A stretch of DNA of 64,000 nucleotides from Octopus bimaculoides (taxonomy: Eukaryota). The DNA lies in assembly GCF_001194135.2 (NCBI RefSeq), contig NC_068990.1, forward strand, positions 94,348,078 to 94,412,077, written 5' to 3'. How positions within the stretch are numbered: the stretch's first letter is position 1; each line of letters opens with the position of its first letter. A program made the position numbers and the translations under genes. Under the pieces are notes generated by a model. It saw only the letters and a list, made by a program, of their open reading frames with translations, was not told the DNA's origin and made no database searches. Positions 13,501 through 25,900 of the stretch are shown here, one piece after another.

Positions 13501-16500
13501 ATGGCACATCACCAAAGGTCTCAGTCTCTTGTCATTGCATCTGTGAGGCTCAGCGTTCGACAATCATACTTCACCACCTCATCCCATGTCTTCTACCTCT
13601 TCCACAGGTTCCCTCCACAGATTGATAAATCAGTTTTGGGTCAGTGGGGTGTTGGTTGATGAATTTGATTATTCTCTAGAGATTGCTGCCTCAGGTTGAC
13701 CATTGTCCTATAACTAAAAATAAAAAAGTAAATGTAAAATAGAAATGGTGTTGTAGTGTCCGTTTCGAAAACTGACCCCACCAAATATATAAACCTGATA
13801 CTGTTATCTTATTGTGGGATGAGTGGTAGCTGTACTGTAAACTTATTCATAAACAAACCAAACAGTGCATTAACAGGTGAAGATTTGTTGAATTTTGATT
13901 ATTGTTCAGAAAACCATATTGAAATTATGCCTTTCCTAATGGGGGGAAAGTCAGCAGTTTTGAAGTTAATTAGTGACAAAGTTGTTGGGTCTTCACTTGA
14001 CAAAATTATTTGGATTGTAACTGCAGTAATATTTTTGCAGCCAGACTACATTTCAAGCCTATTCCAGAAGTGTCTTGCAGCATTTCTTCTTGCTTTACAT
14101 TCTGGATTCAATTCCTATTCTCATCAACTAATAAAGTACCAATCAATTACTGGAGCTGATGTCATTGTCATCTATGAGCTTTCTCCCTTAACGCCCAAAT
14201 TACTGACATTGTACCTAAATTAGAAACAACTATTATTACAAACATAAAGCATGCTTTCATACATTAAAATATTTCCAGTATGTTCTGAAAGATTTATGCA
14301 ATTAGTTAGGAGAGTTTCATGAAAGCCACAATAAACTATGCTTTGAAATGTTTGTCTCTCTTCGGTTGATTATGATTTTAATTAGTTTTTACTTTTTCAT
14401 TCAGGGTCTGCTGGATGTCAGTGATAAATCTATTTATGAGGAACTTCTCAAAGGCAATGAAGAGAATTCTTTTTACAAAAGGTAAAGAAATCTTTACACC
14501 CTGATACATATTCACATTCATATACATAAACATGTGCACATATCATATATATTAAGTGTGTGTGCATTTGTATTCCATGTTCTCCCATGAAATGCATGGA
14601 GCAAAAAGTAGTGGCATTTGTTGACATCCCCTCCTAGCAAGTTTTCTGCAGCTCTACATGTTTGGGGAAAGTGGAATAAAAAAGAAAATTCATTACTTGG
14701 AAAATAGTTAAACATTAGCAATAGGAAAGGATAATCTCAGGTCAGTTGATGTTAAAGCAATTTCTTAATATGTATTCATCCAGCCCATGTTAGCATAAAA
14801 AAGACAGACATCAAATCTATGAATGAGCAAACAAACTAATATCATTAATACTCTGTTAATCATTCAATATTGTTATGTGTATAATCTAGTATTCTTATTT
14901 TGATTCTTTCAAGTTGTATGGTAACATAAGTTTCCCATTTCTTAACACAATCCTTTGCATTTTATTGAAAGTTTTTTTTTTTTTTTTGTGCTGAAGGGAT
15001 TGGGTGGAAGAGGGCAGATAAGGCAGTGCTCCGTAGTCTGCTTCTCTAGGGAAAAGCATTCACATCATGACCGTCGCTAAGCCCCTGCAACCCTTGCAGT
15101 TTCAGGGGGCATTCACAGCTGAGGGGCCCCTATGTTAAGATCAAAGTACATAGATAAATCATCTATTTACTTGATTAAGATGTTGAGCAAGAATTATACT
15201 ATGTTAACTGAAAATTTCAAGAAACTTGTATTTTTAAAGATGTTCTTTAGTATAACGTGAAATATTGAACTTCAGATAGAATAAAGTAAAATATAGCTAT
15301 GAATAAAAGGTACGTAGATTATGAATTATGATTGAAGGGATTGGGCCCTTGAAGCAAAAAGTTGCAGGGGGCCTCTAAAAGTCATGCTATTGCCCTGATT
15401 CACATTGCAATCCCTATCATGTAACACTTGATATTACCTTTCAAATTCTACGAAACACTCTGAAGCGAAGTTGAAAGATAACAATGTCTAGAAGTTGCTC
15501 AGTCTGGAACATTAATTGTATAAAAATGTTTCAACACTTTGGTCTCTTGTGGCTTTACCTCTCAGTCACTGAGCCTTTATCGTCATTATTGTCACCTTTT
15601 ATTATTATTATTATTATTATCTTATTTCAGCTGTATTATATTTATGTTACGTCAACTTTCCAATGAAGATCTTCTTAGTCAATCAAGTGTACTCAAGTAC
15701 CTGGGCAGTAATTTCCGTGCCAAGTACAATAATCCCTGGCTTAGTGATGAGATAATGGGTGAAAAGTTATTGGGGTAAGTTGATCAGTTTTGTATTAACT
15801 GTTCCACATGTGCATATACTGTTGCACGTGTTGTAAACTGCATTTTTTCCTGAACATAGCTTTTCTTGATGTAAACTTAATTTTTAATTTCTTGTCCTTC
15901 CTTTGTAGTGATTACATTTGTGTCCATCTCAAGTCAAATGTTGACAAGTTCAACCTTCTTGTGTAAGTATTCATGCATTTTTGTTATTTTAATTCTTATC
16001 CTCCTTTTCTTTTAACCGTTTTGTTGCATTGTCACGATACCATTTTGTTAGCCCTGGGTCAGCCTTGATTGAGCACACCTGTCATCAAAGATCTTCCAGG
16101 CATGTCTTTTTGTGCATTGAAACTACATTGTTCAATGTGTTTCATTTTAAAGAGACACATTGTGATTTCGTTGCTATTTCGATCTGGTTAGGTGGCCACA
16201 TAGAGGCTCCTTAGAAGAGAGTGGCACAATTGTGAGTTCAATATCATCATTCATCTCGTATATTCTATTATGGAATCCTAGTTCAAGAATGTTCAACTCA
16301 TTCCATCATCATCATCATCATCATTTTAATCTCTAATCGATAAGAGATTGAGACTTCTGGCAGTTTGCTGTGCTTGAGAAGACACACCAAGCATAGAGGC
16401 CATATTTTCTACATTACTTTCTCAGCAGAGAGATCCTAGTTTTGTAGGTTCATGGATGCTGGTGCCATGTTAAAAGCACCCAGTCCACACTCTGTAAAGT

Positions 16501-18787
16501 GGTTGGCATTAGGAAGGGCATCCAGCTGTAGAAACCATGCCAAAACAGACAAATGGAGTCTGTCATCATCATCATCATCATCATCGTTTAACGTCCGCTT
16601 TCCATGCTAGCATGGGTTGGACGATTTGACTGAGGACTGGTGAAACCGGATGGCAACACCAGGCTCCAGTCTGATTTGGCAGAGTTTCTACAGCTGGATG
16701 CCCTTCCTAACGCCAACCACTCAGAGAGTGTAGTGGGTGCTTTTACGTGTCACCCGCACGAAAACGGCCACGCTCGAAATGGTGTCTTTTATGTGCCACC
16801 CGCACAAGCCAGTCCAGGGGCACTGGCAACGATCTCGCTCGAAAATCCTACAGGAGCCAGTCAGGCGGTACTGGCAACGGCCACGCTCAAAATGGTGCAT
16901 CTCATGTGCCAACCGCACAAGAACCAGTCCAGGGGCACTGGCAACGATCTTACTTGGCTTGCCGGGTCTTCTCACGCACAGCCCATTTCCAAAGGTCTCG
17001 GTCCGTAGTCATCGCCTCGGTGAGGCCCAATGTACGAAGGTCTTCAACTTTTCAATAGTAATTTTTCACAACTTTGAGAATATCTTTCCAATGATATTTA
17101 TCATAACAATTAATCCAATATATAAAGCATAATTTTAAGGCAAGTTCTGTATTTAATTATTAATTAAAAAATATACTGTATATTGCTATTTGATATTTAC
17201 ATGTTCCAATGAATCGTTACTTTTGCCATAATTAACTCAATCCAATCAAATGAAGGTAACATCATTACTATTTTTGTTATTGGGTAACCATTAATTGGCT
17301 CATATTTTACAAATTTAAATGTGTAAATAGCTAATTATATACTTAATGGTGCCTTTCAAACTTGAAAGTTGAAATAATATTGTCTTGTCTTTAATTACTT
17401 AGTCTATTTCTGTTACGATTTATTCATTCATTCCAGCTGGCTAGAAATGACAGCTTTGGTAAAATATAAAACCAGTTAATATACGTAGTTCATAAGATTG
17501 CTGTAAATTCTTTGCAGTTACCTGGTTAAGAAACTGTATGCTTTTGTCCGTGGTGAATGTGGTGCTGATAACAGAGATAGTATCATAAATCATGAAGTTT
17601 TGGATGCAGGTCGCCTGTACTCATTGGTACTTTTTGTAAGTATTTCTGTAAATGTTTTACCTTTTACATGTTTCAGTCATTGGTCTGTGGCCATACTTCA
17701 AAGGATTTACTCTGATACTTTTCCTATTGGCCCCTTTTGCTGAACTGCAAACTTATAGGGATGTAAACAAATCAACACCAGATGTCAACCAGTGGGAGAG
17801 GGCACAAACAGAAAGATGGACAAACGATGGACTTTCACACTGTTTCTGTCTACTAGATTCACTCCCAATCGCAAAGCATTCTTTGGTCTGGGCTATAGTA
17901 GAAGGCACTTGTTCAAGGTGCTCTGCAGTTGGATTGAACTCAAAACCACATGGCTGCAAAATGAGCTTCTTAACCACACAGCCATGCCTCTGCCTGTATA
18001 TTGACTTTATTTCAAGTCATTTTGAAATTTAATAAAATATCTTCATCATTAAATAAGCTGGTATTTAGAACATAGATTAACAAGAAATCTCGATGGAAGC
18101 TTTTCACTTGGATCACTTCAACCCTTTAGCATTCAGATTAAATATAATGCTTATTTATTCCTCTTGTTTTCAACTAATCATGCATTTTTTCATAGTTTTG
18201 AGATTTTGATTATGTAATTTATTTCTAGAATGACATTATAGGATGGGTGTGAGAGGCTGGATCTGACCAGTTTGAATATAAAACAGAATGTTTGTGCTGG
18301 TTATGACCAGTATAAATGCTAAAATGTTAAAACAGGAAGTTTTTTTTACCATAGAATGAAAGATGGCTGCAGGATGCATTATGAAGGTTTTAATTCTTCA
18401 CTGCTCTTTAATGCATATTTCTGAATGACTTTGAAGCTTTGTACTATTTTCTTATCTTATTCCTGTATCTGTACAATATCATTTTTTGCTTATGATTTTA
18501 TGGAGATATCCTTATTTCATCTTTTAGATGAAATACCAAATAAAATGAAGCCTCTCAAATGCTAATTAAATTATTTTAGTTGGCTTCTGAAATTATCATC
18601 TCACCCCAAATGTTGCTTTAGGGATTTTGATTTCATTTCTGACTTCAATCTGTAGGGGTGTTGTCTAATTCCAGGTCAGCCAATATGTCTTTCCTTTCTT
18701 AAAATGGTAGAGTGCATCGCTGATATTTTGAGCAGGTTGAGATTACTTGGTGACATCACTATTGTGGGTGTTGCAAAAACATATTTA

Positions 18788-18821
<34 letters not shown>

Positions 18822-21800
18822 ACACACATAGATGTGTACTTTTACAGAATATGTGTATAAACTTTTCCAGTTTTTAGTCCTAATGTAATTCTTCATTAAT
18901 TTCCAGGACAATTTGTACAAATGGTTGCGAACTATCCAATTTGAAATCACCAAGTTGCTATCTTCTAAAAGTTATACTACAATAACTACTGGTATTTTAT
19001 TGATTTCTTTATTTTATACTACTTTGTATGTGTACTATTTTAAATGATATTAGGATAATTTAAGGATGATAGAGTGTCCAATTTGCAGGGTTTTGGACTA
19101 AATATCTAATCCTTTAGTTTTGCCCACTACACTCTAAGTTCAGATTGGTTAACTTCTTGAATATGGATGTCTTGAAGCTGACCTTTGACCTTTTGAAAAA
19201 AATGAAATGATGTAATGACAGAGAATGGAAACTTGTAGCATATGACACACAATATATTTAATTATAAGCATTGTTTATTATGCTTAATTAATTAGACTTC
19301 ATTACCATTTTACAGTATCTTTTATAAGTATAAAACACTAAAATCAATTAAACTGATTTAATTATCATTTTATAAATATTGTTTTATTTATAAAACTGAT
19401 TTAACCTTTTGAACCTGTAAGTCTAGTTTATCGGATGCAATTTCATTTGATTTACTCCTGGAAGATGCAAAAAGAGGCAGACATGATTTTGTGCTTCTGG
19501 CTTAAAATAATGATATAGGTACTAATTAGTGAACTGTAAATGCAAGACTATGTGGCTGCCTGCTTTTGCATCTTCTAGGGGTGGAGTCAAATGAAATTGT
19601 TGCCATTGATGTGCATGCATAGTTTCAAAGAGTTAATTATTACTATATAGCGTATGCAGGTGTGTTTGCGTCCCCGTAACTTAGCGGTTCGGTAAAAGAA
19701 ACCAATAGAATAAGTGCTAGGCTTACAAAGAATAAGCTCTGGGGTCAATTTGCTCGACTATAAAAGGCGGTGCTCCAGCATGGCCGCAGTCAAATGACTG
19801 AAACAAGTAAAAAAGAAAAAAAAAAAGTAAAAGTATTATTGAATTTTCTGAACTTTGCATCTGAAGTGTGAAACTGTTTGGAAGTCCTTCAACATCTGAA
19901 GGATTTCCACATTGTCTCTGTCTGATTTCACTCAAAGTTTATGATTAAGCCAATGTTAGAAGATCCTTTTCCAAAATGCCACTTAGTGAGTTCATTCCAA
20001 TCAAGATTTCCTGATTGTGAAAACAATGTTTTACACATCTGCCCGTGTCAACACCTTATACGATCTGTGTGCATACACAGATATACATAACTGTGTTTGT
20101 ATGTGTATATATGTAAATGTTCGCATTTATGAAGTTTTTGTTTTTTTGTTTTTCTTATTTTTTAAAGATATTTTGAATGAAGCCATTAGGAAGAAAAAGA
20201 CAATAGTAAGCTATGCATTGAATTATTTAATGGCCACTGGTAACGTTTCTACTCAATCCAATGTACCTTTATGGCAGGTATGTGTCTTATATTTTTGTCT
20301 ATGATATGTAAACTGAATCTTACTTAAAAGCAAATTTCTTCAGTCCTCTTTGCTAATACCATAAGCATCGTTGTGATCACCATTTAATATGCAGTTTTTC
20401 ACGCTTGTATGGGTTATGCAGAAACTGGCAAGTTTTTTATGACTGGATATCTTACCTGTCACTGACTCCCACCTGTTTCCAAGCAAGGTAATATTTCCTT
20501 GTGACTCGATAAGATTGGAAATAAATGACATGGCTAGTATGATGGTGATACTTGTTTACGACTATCACACAATGTAAACACAGGCATAAACACACACATA
20601 TATATATACGTGCATGCATGGTCGATGGAAACTAAAGGAAGCCTGTTGCGTGCATACATAAATATGTACGTATGTAGGTATGTCTGATGGACTTTCTTTC
20701 ATTTCTGTCTACCAAATCTATTAAGAAGGACTTGGTCAACTTAGGGCTAGAGTAGTAACACTTGTCCAAGGTGGCACACAGTAAGACTGAAGCTGAAATC
20801 ACATAGTTTGGTAGTAAACTTCAGCAGATTAATGGTTTAGTGTCAGAAACTCAACTAAATGGTTACAGAGGCTGCCATGTAAAAGCACCCGTGGGGATCC
20901 CTGTAAAAGCACCTGTGGGGATCCCTGTAAAAGTACCCGTGGGGATCCCTGTAAAAGTATCCGTGGGGATCCCTGTAAAAGCACCCACTACACTCTCTGA
21001 GTGGTTGTTGTTAGGAAGGGCATCCAGCTGTAGAAACCCTGCCAAATTAGATTGGAGCCTGGGGCAGCTCCAGCTGGCCAGCCCCAGTCAAACCATCCAA
21101 CCCATGCCAGCATGGGCAATGGATGTTAAATGATGATGATGCTGAGGATGGTATTATGTCCAGAACACATTTTTAATAGTTTTTTTCCTTTCTTTCTGTG
21201 TAGAAAACTGGTCTTTGTGTCATAGCTGAGCGATTGAATTACCACAGGTTTCTGTCACATTTTAGAGCTATTAACCGTGGTTCTCACTTTAAAAAACGTA
21301 GCATTGCTAGTGTTCGTAAACTTTATCCAGAATCTTGGGGTAAGTTCTACCATTTGGCCAATAAAATGTTTTGCCTGATTCCCATCAAGGCATATTTTGC
21401 AATTTTCTTTTGAGTTGTCTTTGTGTTATTGAATTTCCAATTTATTAGCTGAATACTAAATGGATGCAAACCTACTGTTGATAATGTTTGTGCATGTATA
21501 AATGTGTGTGTGGTCATTTGTTTAATGTATGTTTTTCCATACTAGCACAGGTTGGATAAAGACGTTATTTGAGGCCCTGTTTTTACAACTATATGCTCTT
21601 TTTGTTGCTAATTCTTGCCTATTTTTCAGATACAAGACTTTTAATTCTGCTTCAAAAGTGGTAATCCACATGATAATTTGTTGACAGTAACTGTTAAAAT
21701 AATGTTATTGGTTCGTTGTTTTTGCTGACAGTCTCATGTGAAAATGTTGCGGAATGGAAACATTTACACTCACACATGCACTCTTTCTCTCTCTCTCTCT

Positions 21801-22918
21801 CACACAACAGTCACACTCATGCATCCCCAAAGCATAATACTTTTGCTGCCATGATTTACAGTAGGTACTGTGCATTTGTTGCTATTATCTTCACCTGGTC
21901 GTCGCCATACTCATTTAATACCATCTAATCCAAACAAGTTAATTTTAGTCTCATCAGAAAAAAGAATTTGATTCCAAAACTCCTTCCCCTTACTTGTGCA
22001 AATTAAAGATAATTTTCTTCAAATCTTCAGACAATTCTTTTCCTTTTGCTGCCATTTTAATCCCAATGAAGAAGATCTTCCCCACGGTACAAAAATCACA
22101 ATTCCTGCAGATGCAGTAACAATGACCGGGGCCAAAATGCCAGGAGAAATAATTTATTAGAATTGAAATTATTAGCAAAATCTGAATTTAGTAAAAAAAG
22201 TAGATAAAATATTCATCATCGCTTTACGTCCATTTTCCATGATGCTGGCACGGGTTGGACGGTTCAACTGGGGTCTGAGAAGCCAGGAGGCTGCACCAGG
22301 CCCCGATCTGATCTGGAAACAGTTGAGAATATTGGTGGTTAAGGGGAGGTAATTATTGCTTTTACAAGTAATATTTAAGCTTATAAGAAAGTTTAACCAG
22401 TATTTTGTAATATGTATTGATGGGTGGGCTATATCCATAGCTATGCATGTGTAGCTGCAAAAGTAACACTTATCTATCTTAGTTATATATATATGTACGT
22501 ATTGTATAATATATATTTTTATGCGAATGGTAATAAATGAAGTGGCTTGTATAGTTTTTCAGATAACATATAAGAGGGGTGGTCAAATGGAACCTAGAAA
22601 AATGTTGTGTGTATATGTGCATATGCATGTATATTATGCTGTGCCTATTCTCACACATATGGGTACTTGTAAATCTATGTATTTGTATATACACAAATAG
22701 CCATATAGATACCAATGCATACACACACATGTACAGTTATAGAAAGAAAAATAAGGACGTACCTATAGAAGAGTAAAAAGTGAGTAGTTAGTTGTTATAC
22801 AAGGAGAGTGTTTAAAAATAATAAAATAAATGTACACTACTGTTTCTACTTCACAGATTTTCACCTGTTGCTGAGGGAGTAGGTGTTGGAATGTAACACC
22901 TGTGATAGTTGAGGGATT

Positions 22919-22957
<39 letters not shown>

Positions 22958-25900
22958 TTGTATGAATATAAAATTATAAATTGGTAAAATTTATTGGAAA
23001 TTCTTATTTAACAATTGTTTTGCAGCATAATAAGAATGTATAGATAATTTATCTATACATGTTTATTAAGCTGCAATTAATTGTCAAGAATTTCCAGTGG
23101 TTAAATAAATTTTATCAGAGTATATTTCTCTATTTATAATTTTATACACTCCTTGTGTTTTCCTCTTGTATTGTACTCCATATTCTATGTGTTTTGTTGA
23201 ATAAAACATTAAGGAACTTTTTTTCAGAGTACCACTGGATTGGTTGAATCTGTATATTGTGACTTAAATTCATATATATATATATATATCAAATGTGCCC
23301 GCTTTTAAGGTTTGTTATTCATTTTCTAGGATTTATTTGTCCCGTCCACACCCCAGATGGTGCACCCTGTGGTTTACTGAATCATTTGACCATTTCATGC
23401 CAGGTACCTTTCTCTTTTAATAATTGTTTACATTCATTTTTTTAAAAAAATCTATATACAAATTAAATCCAGGATTTATTTTGCATACAAAACTACTTTT
23501 GTAATTTTTAGATTTGGAGAAATAATTCCAAATGAGACTTCATTACAATGTGCTTATATGATTTTGCAATACATGCCAATGCTGTCTTCATACTTATTTA
23601 TTTGGTAGTTGGGAACTGTATTAAACTAGTCATACACACATACAATACACCTTCAGCAGCATTTAAATGACCACTTTTCATGCTCGCATGGGTTGGACAG
23701 ATATCATTGGGGCGTATTTTCTGTGACTGGATGCTCTTCCTGTTGCCAGCCCTTGCAAAGCTAATATTTTCCCAATAGGCTTCTCTCAGTTCCTCTCTGC
23801 CACTCCGCTCTCTTGGTTTTGGTCAATCCAAGGCTACTAGAAAACACTTCTCTAAGGTGCAGTGCTGTAGGACTGTACCTGAAACTCTGTGGTTGGAAAG
23901 TGAACTTCTTAAGTAAGGCAACCATATCTAGACCTGTATGTGTTTGGAGCGGTGGCGGCGGCGGCGGTGGTGGAATTGGCAGTCATTACAGTGTGAGATT
24001 GCTTTGCAGTTTATTCTTCCAGCTCTCTGCACTCTGACTTCAAATCCTACCAGAGTCGACTTTACCCTTCTTCCTTTTAGGGTTGACAAAAAATTCCAAC
24101 CCAAGGCAGTGGATTGGTAGAACTATAAGTACCTTGGACTAGATACCTTGTGTTATTTGTTCCAGTTGTATGTGTTCTGTGTTCAAAATTCTCCACTGCC
24201 ACCTGACATCCTATAAAGGAATATGAATGGACAACTCAATTTATGCTACACATATTTCCATAGCATGGCTGTTTATTCATTAATGCTGAATATTACATAA
24301 TATACTAGTCTGCAAGAAGAAAAATTTGCAGAAAAATATATATTGAATTCAAGAAGTGTTTTAGAAAATAAAGAAGATAGGACAAGCACCTCTGTTGTGG
24401 GAGGGGCTAATTTGAATTACAGACAATCTAACAGTTTTATTTGCTGAGAACAGCAGTGGTAGTGGTGGCAGCAGCTGCTGTTGCTATGTTTGTATTATAA
24501 GTGTGGGAATGGAATTTGCTCAGTGGGTGCAGACCTAGTTTTTCAGAAGGATTTTCATTGGCCCCAAATATTTTAGGGGGTGTGCTTGTACTTTTTGCAC
24601 CCCCTGTTCCTAAGCCTATAGTGTGTATACATATGTATGTGAATGTTGATATTTTACTTGTCACTTTGTTGCAATTGTGACCTTTTGCTCCACACTTCTG
24701 AAGATCTGTGCGATTTAAAAATCACTTGAAGAAAAAAAGAAAAAAATGCAGGTGAAAATTGGGGACTGGAAGAACATCCAACCATATATTCCTTTCTCAA
24801 GATCAAACCCTTTCCAAAGGATTAAAAAAAAAAAGAATTTTAAGTGTAATGGAGAACCAAAATAGCTTTGTCACACTATCTGGTTACTGTTAATAAATTT
24901 GATCTTACAATCAGAGTCTTTATAATCAGTGTTTCTCTAAAAATCATTTCTGTTCTTTTTTTTCTTAGATTGTAAATACATTGTATGATTTATCAAGTCT
25001 TCCTGAATTGCTTGGTTCTTTGGGTGTGCTGTCCATTGGTGATAAAAGGAACATTTCCTATCAGGAGTACTACACTGTTATGCTGAATGGTCAGATATTA
25101 GGTCATATTCATCAAGACGAAGCTTATGTTTTGTGTAATAAACTCCGTGCATTGAAGCTAGATCCTTCAAGCAAGGTAAGACGTTAAAGCCTTTGCTGTT
25201 TTAAGAATTAAAACTCAAATTTTTTTATATTTGTTGATCCACTCATAAATGTACCCTCACACACATACAAGCCCCTCCTTGGGGCACTACCTTGAAAAGG
25301 AGAGACATACACTCTTCCTCCCAGATGGATACAAAGATGTCATGGAATGCATTGAAAGCTGTGGTACCTAGTGTATTGTACAGTTCTGCTGGAATTTCAT
25401 CTGTTCCTGGAGCTTTGCCACACTTCATTTCTTTTATGGCAGTCTTCATCTCTTCTACACTAAGGCAGCAGGTCAGAGTTTTTGAGTAGAGGCTTCTGGG
25501 ATATTTGCAGTCATGCTTCCTGGTTGACAGTAGATGGCTGGTTTAGAAATTGGTTGAAGTGCTCCCCCCATCTTGCTCCGATTCCTTCGTTGTCTTTGAT
25601 GACCGTTGAGCCATCAGCAGACATCAGCGGGGGTGTTCCACTTCTGGAGGGACCCTAAATGGCCTTGATGGCACTGTACAGCATCTTGGAATTGTTGGTG
25701 TCAGTGTAGAGTTACACTTCTTCAGCTTTCTGCTCCCACCATCTGTCTTGCATGCTGTGAAGCTCCGTCTGGACTCTGGTTTGACAGTCCCTCTCTCTGT
25801 TGCACCATGGGGGGGAGAGAAAATGCTAAAGATGTCATGCAGTAGGACTGAACCTGAAACCAAATGGTCTCAAGGTTCAATTCTTAATTACACACTCATG

